Assembly (NCBI GenBank): GCA_964484045.1
Contig: CAZAEP010000001.1
Span: 11,634 to 75,633 of the forward strand
Direction of reading: 5' to 3'
Source: an uncultured Sphingomonadales bacterium
GTDB lineage: Bacteria; Pseudomonadota; Alphaproteobacteria; Sphingomonadales; Rhodothalassiaceae
Length of the DNA stretch: 64,000 nt
Shown: in pieces, positions 56,944-64,000 of the stretch
Layout of the letters: each line of letters starts with the position of its first letter
Numbering within the stretch: position 1 is the stretch's first letter
Position numbers and translations under genes: made by a program
The notes under the pieces: generated by a model
Database searches by the model: none
Told to the model about the DNA's origin: nothing
What the model saw: only the letters and a program-made list of their open reading frames with translations

Positions 56944-57504
56944 ATGTTCATCGCCACCGAACGGACCCCCAACCCGGCGACCCTGAAATTTCTTCCCGGT
57001 CGCGAGGTCATGCCGGAAGGCAGTGCCGACTTTCCGAGCGCCGACACGGCCGAGCGGTCGCCGCTCGCCAGCGCCTTGTTCGCGCTCGAGGGGGTGAGCG
57101 GCGTCTTCTTCGGGGCCGACTTCATCTCCGTGAGCAAGACCGAAGAGGCCGACTGGACGACATTGAAGCCGCAGATCCTGGCCCTTCTGGTGGAGCATTT
57201 CAGCGCCGGAGCACCGCTCTTCCACGCCGGTGCGGCAGCGAGCGAGGCCACCTCCACCGATGATCCCGCGGACGCCGAGATCGTGCGGCAGATCAAGACC
57301 CTGATCGACGAGAAGGTCCGCCCGGCGGTGGCCCGCGACGGGGGCGATATTCTCTATCACGGCTTCAAGGACGGGGTCGTCTATCTCCACATGCAGGGCG
57401 CCTGCGCCGGCTGCCCGAGCTCGACGATGACGCTCAAGCAGGGGATCGAGAATCTCCTGCGCTATTACGTCCCCGAGGTGGTCGAGGTGCGGCCCGTCTC
57501 ATGA
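56944..57504 (+). CDS. NifU/Nfu-type Fe-S cluster assembly protein
   Basis: The N-terminal Nfu_N-like segment is MFIATERTPNPATLKFLPG. The C-terminal NifU domain carries CAGCPSS. Confidence 0.85.
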   Translation: MFIATERTPNPATLKFLPGREVMPEGSADFPSADTAERSPLASALFALEGVSGVFFGADFISVSKTEEADWTTLKPQILALLVEHFSAGAPLFHAGAAASEATSTDDPADAEIVRQIKTLIDEKVRPAVARDGGDILYHGFKDGVVYLHMQGACAGCPSSTMTLKQGIENLLRYYVPEVVEVRPVS

Positions 57505-58218
57505 GAGGGCGATCGCGTCGACGATCGTCTGTGCGGCGGCGGCGGGGTCGGCGGCGCTCGTGATCGGACGTCCGACGACGATCACGCTGGCGCCGGCCGC
57601 CATCGCCTCTTCCGGCGTCATCACCCGTTTCTGGTCATAGGCCGGCGCCCCGCGCGGGCGGATGCCGGGGACGACGATCCGGAATCCCTCGCCGGTGGTC
57701 GAGCGCGCGGTGGAGACCTCGTGCGGGGCGCAGACCACCCCGTCGAGCCCCGCCTTTTCGACGAGTCGCGTCAGGCGTGCCACCACCTTGTGGGTCGAGC
57801 CCTCGATGCCGAGCGCGTCGAGATCGCCGGCATCGAGACTGGTCAGGAGGGTGACCGCGACGATCCACGGCATCTCCGAATCGAGCCGCGCGGCAGCCTC
57901 CGCCGCCGCCTCGCGCGCCGCCTGCATCATCTCGATGCCGCCGGCCGCATGCACGGTGAGAATGGCGGGCCGGAGCGGCATGATGCTGCGCACGGCACCG
58001 GCGACGGTATTGGGAATGTCGTGGAACTTGAGATCGATGAACAGCGGCAGGCCGAAAGCGGCGATCTTTTCCACCCCGGCGGGACCGAGCGCGGAGAAGA
58101 ATTCGAGCCCCAGCTTGAAACCGCCGACGATGTCCCGGAGCTCGGTCGCGAGCGCCACGGCACGCTCGAGATCGCCCGTATCGAGGGCGCAGAAGAGCGG
58201 ATTTGACAGTTTGACCAC
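57499..58218 (-). CDS. pyrF: Orotidine 5'-phosphate decarboxylase
   Basis: It is 239 aa. The signature is FIDLKFHDIPNTV, with N-terminal LFCALD. Its 3' end overlaps the nifU-like gene by 6 nt (convergent). Confidence 0.9.
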   Translation of the reverse strand: MVKLSNPLFCALDTGDLERAVALATELRDIVGGFKLGLEFFSALGPAGVEKIAAFGLPLFIDLKFHDIPNTVAGAVRSIMPLRPAILTVHAAGGIEMMQAAREAAAEAAARLDSEMPWIVAVTLLTSLDAGDLDALGIEGSTHKVVARLTRLVEKAGLDGVVCAPHEVSTARSTTGEGFRIVVPGIRPRGAPAYDQKRVMTPEEAMAAGASVIVVGRPITSAADPAAAAQTIVDAIALS

Positions 58219-58230
58219 GATCTCTTCCTT

Positions 58231-58590
58231 CTAGCCCCTGGCCGCGTTCTTCGATTGCGCCGCGTCGATATGGGCGCGCGCGGTCGCGATGCGGGCTGCC
58301 TCCTGCCCGGCCTCGAGCGCCGCAAGACGCTTTTCCGCCCGCTCCGCCCGTCGTCTTTCCCGGCGCAGGACCAGCGCGCGCCGCGCCAGTGTCCAGAGCG
58401 CGACCGGAAGCACGAGAAAAACGCCGATGAGAATGCCGAGGAAGAGGACGAGATAGACCGGCATTCCGATCTGCCCGTCAAATCCGGGCAGGCTCAGGAA
58501 CACGACCGCGCGATTGGCGACGGCAAAAACGCTCAGCGCGATCACCAGGAAAAGGAGAAAGAGGAGGCTGGCGATGCGGCCCATGGGCAA
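58231..58590 (-). CDS. LapA-domain (DUF1049) inner-membrane protein
   Basis: It is 119 aa, with two TM helices followed by a basic coiled-coil tail. It sits between ihfB and pyrF. Confidence 0.7.
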   Translation of the reverse strand: MPMGRIASLLFLLFLVIALSVFAVANRAVVFLSLPGFDGQIGMPVYLVLFLGILIGVFLVLPVALWTLARRALVLRRERRRAERAEKRLAALEAGQEAARIATARAHIDAAQSKNAARG

Positions 58591-58596
58591 ATCCGC

Positions 58597-58884
58597 TCAG
58601 CGCGGCTTGGCATTCAGGCGCTCGCGCAGGTCCTTGCCGGTCTTGAAATAGGGGACGCGCTTTTCTTCCACCGCGACCGCTTCGCCGGTGCGCGGATTGC
58701 GCCCCATGCGAGCGGGCCGGGTCTTCACCGAAAAAGCCCCGAAGCCCCGGAGCTCGACCCGGTCGCCCCGGGCGAGCGCCTGGGTGATTTCCTCGAACAC
58801 GGTGCTCACGATCCGCTCCACATCGCGATGATAGAGATGCGGATTGGCCTCGGCGAGCCTGGCGATAAGTTCCGACTTGATCAT
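58597..58884 (-). CDS. ihfB: Integration host factor subunit beta
   Basis: It is 95 aa. Motifs are [12 protein letters not shown]...RGFGAFSVK...GRNPRTGE. Confidence 0.95.
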   Translation of the reverse strand: MIKSELIARLAEANPHLYHRDVERIVSTVFEEITQALARGDRVELRGFGAFSVKTRPARMGRNPRTGEAVAVEEKRVPYFKTGKDLRERLNAKPR

Positions 58885-59024
58885 GGTTCGGTCCGTCCTG
58901 CCGCTACCGGCCCCTCTTGCGGAAGAGCCGGGCTGAACATGCCTCAGCCTAGGCGAGCATCCCCGTCCGCGTCAAGATAAGTCTCTGCACATCAAGCGCT
59001 TTCCACCTGCCGCAGGAAGGAGAC

Positions 59025-59054
59025 GGCGCCCCCCCGAGTCCTCGGGGGACCGCC
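59025..59054 (-). terminator. Candidate terminator after rpsA
   Basis: The stem pairs CCCCCGA (59031..59037) with TCGGGGG (59042..59048), with loop GTCC and flanking GGCG/CGCC pairing. It lies 48-77 nt after the rpsA stop. There is no U-tract. Confidence 0.35.
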
Positions 59055-59101
59055 GTTCCACGTCTGTGCCGCCTGCCGGCGCGGGGCAGGGCGCCGCGTC
59101 G

Positions 59102-61087
59102 TCAGTCGTCGTCCGAAGCCGTCGCCTCGTCCTTCTTCGCGTCCTTCTTCGCGCTCTTCTTCGCCGTCTTCCCGGTGGCCTTCCCGGCAGCCGACGGCGT
59201 CTCGTCGGCGGCCGCTTGCGGGCTGTCCTTCTTCTTTGCCGGAGCCTTGGCCTTGCCGGGCTTCTTCTCGCCGGCCTCCGCCGTTTTCTCGTCTTTCTTC
59301 GCGTCGGCGTCGGCCACCTTTTCCGCGGTGTCCGCCGCCTTCTCCGCCTTGGCCTTGGGCTCCGTGGCCTGGGTCGCCTTCGACCCGGCCTTGCCCTCCC
59401 GGGCCTTCTGCAGCGCCGCGCCGAGGATATCGCCGAGGCTCGCCCCCGAGTCGCTGGTGCCGTACTGCGCCACGGCCTTCTTCTCCTCGGCCACCTCGAG
59501 CGCCTTGATCGACAGCGACACCTTGCGCTGATTGCGGTCGATGCCGGTGATCATGGCATCGACCTTGTCGCCCTTGGCGAAGCGGTCGGGACGCTGGTCG
59601 GCGCGATCGCGGGCGAGATCGGAGCGCCGGATGAACGCCGTCATGCCGTCGCCGAGCGTGACCTCGATGCCGCCGTCGGTGACCGCGCTCACGGTGCAGG
59701 TGACGACGTCGCCCTTCTTCTTGCCCGACACGGCCCCGAAGGGATCGCCCTCGAGCTGCTTGATGCCGAGGCTGATGCGCTCCTTGTCGATATCGACGTC
59801 GAGCACCTTGGCCCTGACATGATCGCCCTTGGAGAACTGCTTGATCGCGTCCTCGCCCGACATGTTCCAGGCGATGTCCGACATGTGGACCATGCCGTCG
59901 ACGTCGAAATCGAGACCGATGAAGAGACCGAACTCGGTGATGTTCTTGATCTCGCCCTCGACCACGCTGCCCGGCGGATATTTTTCGGCGAACGCCTCCC
60001 AGGGGTTTTCCAGACACTGCTTGAGACCGAGCGAGATACGGCGCTTGACCGGGTCGACCTCGAGCACCATGACCTCGACCTCCTGGCTCGTGGAGACGAT
60101 CTTGCCGGGATGCACGTTCTTCTTCACCCACGACATCTCCGAGACATGGACGAGGCCCTCGACGCCGGGCTCGAGCTCGACGAAGGCGCCATAGTCGGTG
60201 ATGTTGGTGACCACGCCCTTGATCTTCATGCCGACCGGGTATTTCGCCTCGACGCCCTCCCAGGGATCGGCCTGAAGCTGCTTCATGCCGAGGCTGATGC
60301 GCTGGCTTTCCCGGTTGATGCGGATGATCTGCACCTTGACGGTCTCGCCGATGCCGACGACATCGGTCGGATGACTGACGCGCTTCCACGCCATATCGGT
60401 GACATGCAGCAGACCGTCGATGCCGCCGAGATCGACGAAAGCCCCGTAATCGGTGACGTTCTTGACCACGCCTTCGACGACATCCCCCTCCTTGAGCCTC
60501 TCGAGGAGCTCGGCCCGCTGTCCGGCCCGGGTCTCTTCGAGAACGGCGCGCCGCGAGACCACGATATTGCCGCGCCGACGGTCCATCTTGAGGATCTGGA
60601 AGGGCTGCGGGACATTGAGCAACGGCGTGATGTCGCGCACCGGACGGATGTCCACCTGGCTTCCCGGCAGAAAGGCGACGGCGCCGTTGAGATCGACGGT
60701 GAAGCCGCCCTTGACGCGGCCGAAGATCACGCCCTCGACCGGCTCCTCCTTGGCGAAGGCCTCTTCGAGATGGTTCCACGCCTCTTCGCGACGCGCCTTC
60801 TCGCGCGACAGCATGGCCTCGCCGAGCGCATTCTCGATGCGCTCGATATAGACCTCGACCTCGTCACCGACCTTGAGCTCGGACTCCCGTCCGGGGGCGG
60901 CGAATTCGCGCACGGGCACCCGGCCCTCGGCCTTGAGGCCGACATCGATGACCGCCTGATCGCCTTCGATGGCGGTCACGATGCCCTTGACGACACGGCC
61001 TTCGAAACCGTCCTTGTCGGAGAGTGATTCGTTGAGAAGCGCCTCGAATTCCTCGCGCGAGGGCGCGTCGACTTGAAGTTCCGTCAT
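59102..61087 (-). CDS. rpsA: 30S ribosomal protein S1 with a Lys/Ala-rich C-terminal extension
   Basis: It has six S1 (OB) repeats (e.g. GVVKNVTDYGAFVDLGGIDGLLHV, GVVTNITDYGAFVELEPGVEGLVHV). The total is 661 aa, and the last 99 aa are low-complexity K/A/E/D. Confidence 0.95.
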   Translation of the reverse strand: MTELQVDAPSREEFEALLNESLSDKDGFEGRVVKGIVTAIEGDQAVIDVGLKAEGRVPVREFAAPGRESELKVGDEVEVYIERIENALGEAMLSREKARREEAWNHLEEAFAKEEPVEGVIFGRVKGGFTVDLNGAVAFLPGSQVDIRPVRDITPLLNVPQPFQILKMDRRRGNIVVSRRAVLEETRAGQRAELLERLKEGDVVEGVVKNVTDYGAFVDLGGIDGLLHVTDMAWKRVSHPTDVVGIGETVKVQIIRINRESQRISLGMKQLQADPWEGVEAKYPVGMKIKGVVTNITDYGAFVELEPGVEGLVHVSEMSWVKKNVHPGKIVSTSQEVEVMVLEVDPVKRRISLGLKQCLENPWEAFAEKYPPGSVVEGEIKNITEFGLFIGLDFDVDGMVHMSDIAWNMSGEDAIKQFSKGDHVRAKVLDVDIDKERISLGIKQLEGDPFGAVSGKKKGDVVTCTVSAVTDGGIEVTLGDGMTAFIRRSDLARDRADQRPDRFAKGDKVDAMITGIDRNQRKVSLSIKALEVAEEKKAVAQYGTSDSGASLGDILGAALQKAREGKAGSKATQATEPKAKAEKAADTAEKVADADAKKDEKTAEAGEKKPGKAKAPAKKKDSPQAAADETPSAAGKATGKTAKKSAKKDAKKDEATASDDD

Positions 61088-61281
61088 CTCTTTGTGGTCT
61101 TCCTGAAAGGGGAGCTTTTCCTGCCGGCCGGTTGGCTCCGGCGGTCTTCTCCCGGGGCTCCTTGGGCTGCGACCATCGCCGCCCTTCCAATCTTCCCGGG
61201 AGCCAGTGGGCCCATCGTCAAAAACAAGAACCGAGCCTTGGGGCGGTCCCCAATGCCCGATCGCGGCCGATGTCGCCTTGG

Positions 61282-61926
61282 CTATCTCTTCGCCGCGAGA
61301 CGCTCTTCGACGAGAGCCGCCGCGCGCGCGAACACGGCGTCTATAGACAATTCGCTGGTATCAAGCAAGATCGCGTCTTCGGCGCGGGCGAGAGGCGCCG
61401 CGGCGCGGTCGCTGTCACGGGCATCGCGGGCCTTGAGGTCGGCGAGCACGGTGGCGAAGTCCGTCCTCGCGCCCTTCGCCTCGAGCTCCCGATGGCGACG
61501 CCGGGCGCGTTCCTCGTCGCTCGCAGTGACGAAGAGCTTGAGGTCGGCATCGGGGCAGACGACGGTGCCGATGTCGCGGCCGTCGAGCACCGCGCCTTTC
61601 CTGCCCGCCGGTGGATGGGCCGCGAAATCGCGCTGGACGTCGAGAAGGCGTGCGCGCACCCGGGGGCTTGCGGCGACGATGGAGGCGGCCTCGCCGACGG
61701 CCTCGCTGCGCAGCTCGGGATCGTCGAGAAGCGCCCGGTCGAGTCTTGCCGCGGCGGCCTCCGCGGCCGCTTCGTCATGCGGGTCCTCGCCGGCGCGCAA
61801 GAGCGCAAGCCCGACAGCGCGATAGAGCGTGCCGGTATCGAGATAGGCGAGGCCGAATCGCTCCGCGAGCCGGCGCGCGAGCGTGCCCTTGCCGGATGCG
61901 GCCGGCCCGTCGATGGCGATGATCAT
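61282..61926 (-). CDS. cmk: Cytidylate kinase
   Basis: ATG 61926 gives [15 protein letters not shown] (P-loop). The length is 214 aa. It lies upstream of rpsA, as is usual. Confidence 0.9.
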   Translation of the reverse strand: MIIAIDGPAASGKGTLARRLAERFGLAYLDTGTLYRAVGLALLRAGEDPHDEAAAEAAAARLDRALLDDPELRSEAVGEAASIVAASPRVRARLLDVQRDFAAHPPAGRKGAVLDGRDIGTVVCPDADLKLFVTASDEERARRRHRELEAKGARTDFATVLADLKARDARDSDRAAAPLARAEDAILLDTSELSIDAVFARAAALVEERLAAKR

Positions 61927-61978
61927 GGCGCGCCCCCGCACCGGAGCGGCCGTGTCCCGAACGGTCGGATCCGGCCCA

Positions 61979-62326
61979 TCACAGGATGTCGAGAACCGCC
62001 TCGGGCGGTCGGCCGAGCGCCGCGCGTTCGCCGCGAATGACCACCGGCCGTTCGATGAGGCGCGGGTGCGCCGCCATGGCGGCAATCAGCGCGTCGCGCG
62101 CGAGCGCCGGATCATCGAGCCCGAGCTCCCGGTATTCGGGCTCCTTGCGGCGCATGAGCTCACGCGGCGTGCGGCCGAGCAGCCCGAGCACCCGATCGAT
62201 CTCGTCGGCGTCCGGCGGGGTCTCGAGATAGAGCACGATCTTGGGCCGGATGCCGTGCTCTTCGAGCAGGGCCAGCGTCGCGCGCGATTTCGAGCAGCGC
62301 GGATTGTGCCAGATCACGGTTTCCAT
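61979..62326 (-). CDS. arsC: ArsC-family (glutaredoxin-type arsenate reductase-like) protein
   Basis: ATG 62326 gives [21 protein letters not shown], which contains the HNPxCxxSR catalytic-Cys motif. The length is about 115 aa. Confidence 0.8.
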   Translation of the reverse strand: METVIWHNPRCSKSRATLALLEEHGIRPKIVLYLETPPDADEIDRVLGLLGRTPRELMRRKEPEYRELGLDDPALARDALIAAMAAHPRLIERPVVIRGERAALGRPPEAVLDIL

Positions 62327-62462
62327 GACGGTCCTCCTCGGCAATCTTCGCGTCCCGTTTCCTAGCCTGCGCGGTCGGGGGCGGCAAGTACTGGGGCTTT
62401 CGCGCCGACGGTATGACGGTTAGGCTCCGAGCGGTCGAAAAAAGAGATGGGACCCGAAAATC

Positions 62463-64000
62463 ATGCTCGTCCGCACCGCGCTTCTCCTGTCGCTTCTGCT
62501 GCTCGTGACCGCCGCCCTCGCCGAACCGATGGACTATTATCTTCCCGACGGCGTCGATTACGACCCCGCCGTGCCGACACCCGAGCAGGTGCTCGGCCAT
62601 CCGCTCGGGGCACGGCCGGCGCGCCATGACCGCTTCGTCGACTATATCCGCCTGGTCGCCGATGCCTCGCCGCGCATGCGGCGCACGACCATCGGCCATT
62701 CCCACGAGGGACGCCCGATCGAGTTCATCGTCGTCTCGTCGCCGGAGAATCTGGCGCGGATCGACGACATCCGGGCCCGTCATCTGGCGTTGGGCGACCC
62801 CGACGGCGATGTCGTGCCCGGACCCGACATGCCGGTCGTCACCTGGCTCAATTTCGGCGTTCACGGCGCCGAGGCCTCGGGCATGGAGGCGGCGCTGCCG
62901 CTCGTCTATCACCTCGCCGCGGCGCGCGGTCCCGAGATCGAGCGGATGCTCGAAGAAAGCGTGATCCTGATCACCGCGGTCTTCAATCCCGACGGCCATG
63001 CGCGGCGCATCGACCATGTTCTCACATATCTTTCGAAGGTGCCGGTGACCGATCCGGCGCATGCGGCGCACGATCTGTGGATCGAGGCGCGGACCAACCA
63101 CTACTGGTTCGATCTCAACCGCCAATGGCTGTTCCAGACCCAGCCCGAGGCGCAGGCGTGGATGCGGGCCTGGCACGCTTGGAAGCCGAATGTGACGGTC
63201 GACTATCACGAGATGGGCTCGAACGCGACCTACTATTTCCACCCCGGCGTGCCGGCGCGCCGGAATCCGCTCATCCCGCCGCGCGCGCGGGACCTGGCGC
63301 AGAAGATGGCGGCCTTCCACCGCGGCGTTCTCGATGCCGAAGCGCGGCTCTATTCCAGCGAGGAGGGCTTCGACAACTTCTATATCGGCAAGGGCTCGAC
63401 CTATCCGCAGGTGAACGGCTCGATCGGCATCCTGTTCGAGGCCGCGGCCGCGCGCGGCGGTGCGATCGAGACCCCGAACGGCGTGCGCACGCTCGCCGAC
63501 AATATCCGCACCCATTTCCGCACCGCGCTGAGCTCGATCGCGGGCGCGCGCAATCTGCGCGCCGATCTCCTCGCCTATGAGCGGTGGTTCTTCCGCGACG
63601 CCGTCGCCGCCGCCGCGAAGGACAAGCGGGCGGCCTTCGTCTTCACCTCGCCCGACCGCGCGCGGCGCCTGCATTTCCTCGAGCTGCTCGAACGCAACGA
63701 CATCGCCGCCTGGCATCTCGCACGGGATGTCCGCGTGGCGGGTCGGCTCTACCGGGCGGGCGAGAGCTATGTCGTGCCTCTGCGGCAGAAGCAGTATGTG
63801 CTCCTGCGCGGCATCTTCGACCGGCCGCGGGCGTTCGCCGAGGCGATCTTCTACGACGTCTCGGGCTGGACCGTGCCGCTCGCCTTCGACCTCGACCATG
63901 CGGCGATGGGACGCGCCTTTCACCGCGATCTTCTCGGCGCCCGCGCGCATGCCGAATGGGCGCCGGCGCCCGTGCCCGATCGCGCGCGCTACGGCTATGT
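62463..64000 (+). CDS. Secreted M14-family zinc carboxypeptidase-like protein (3' end beyond window)
   Basis: It is not in the track because the frame stays open to nt 64000, so I translated it by hand. The signal peptide is MLVRTALLLSLLLLVTAALA. Motifs are the zinc HxxE in FGVHGAEASG, FNPDGH, FDLNRQW and VDYHEMG. Confidence 0.8.
   Translation, partial: MLVRTALLLSLLLLVTAALAEPMDYYLPDGVDYDPAVPTPEQVLGHPLGARPARHDRFVDYIRLVADASPRMRRTTIGHSHEGRPIEFIVVSSPENLARIDDIRARHLALGDPDGDVVPGPDMPVVTWLNFGVHGAEASGMEAALPLVYHLAAARGPEIERMLEESVILITAVFNPDGHARRIDHVLTYLSKVPVTDPAHAAHDLWIEARTNHYWFDLNRQWLFQTQPEAQAWMRAWHAWKPNVTVDYHEMGSNATYYFHPGVPARRNPLIPPRARDLAQKMAAFHRGVLDAEARLYSSEEGFDNFYIGKGSTYPQVNGSIGILFEAAAARGGAIETPNGVRTLADNIRTHFRTALSSIAGARNLRADLLAYERWFFRDAVAAAAKDKRAAFVFTSPDRARRLHFLELLERNDIAAWHLARDVRVAGRLYRAGESYVVPLRQKQYVLLRGIFDRPRAFAEAIFYDVSGWTVPLAFDLDHAAMGRAFHRDLLGARAHAEWAPAPVPDRARYGY

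Noticed and set aside
58946-58974. Sigma-70-type promoter for ihfB (minus strand: TTGACG, 17 nt, CTAGGC)
   Set aside because: The -35 element is good but the -10 is poor. There is not enough evidence to report it as a feature without start-site data.

Overview
This is a high-GC, alphaproteobacterial-type chromosomal segment. The gene order looks like Hyphomicrobiales/Rhizobiales-like genomes: PAS kinase-tsaE-APH-fold kinase-NTP transferase-addB-addA-trxA; mutS-glnD-murJ-trpS; cmk-rpsA-ihfB-LapA-like-pyrF; and rpsU divergent from a COQ9-like gene. The taxon cannot be verified here. I support 51 densely packed protein-coding genes. Several are joined by 4-nt ATGA/GTGA stop-start overlaps. I found no rRNA, tRNA, CRISPR array, transposase, integrase or phage gene. 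Most of the window is housekeeping: DNA repair, translation, biotin, lysine, cysteine and pyrimidine metabolism, nitrogen sensing and cell envelope. One block, about 13.7-27.6 kb, looks accessory. It holds (a) a tightly coupled periplasmic trio of di-haem peroxidase, Tat-exported metallophosphoesterase and mono-haem cytochrome c; (b) a CoA-transferase; (c) two tandem, very large TonB-dependent receptors; (d) an SDR; and (e) an atypical subtilase-fold protein that has no visible HGT His motif, a Cys-bracketed insert and a poly-Asp/His tail. The periplasmic trio is my best candidate for an undescribed system, but this is a hypothesis only. Other points worth a second look are listed below.
- An 8-codon uORF with a strong SD is ATGA-coupled to a MASE1-like histidine kinase and preceded by a 14-bp direct repeat.
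- A GGDEF cyclase is ATGA-coupled to a DUF2336-like HEAT protein.
- Two paralogous lipoproteins have Tyr/Gly-rich cores and are separated by a G-quadruplex-capable 10-bp tandem repeat.
- Ribosomal protein S1 carries a 99-aa Lys/Ala-rich tail.
- The rpsU leader contains a tandem 15-nt repeat.
- A nested palindrome lies in front of a TetR gene.
Nearly every real gene is shadowed by long antisense or alternative-frame ORFs typical of high GC, and I rejected these. All family calls rest on motif recognition by eye. No database search or computation was run.
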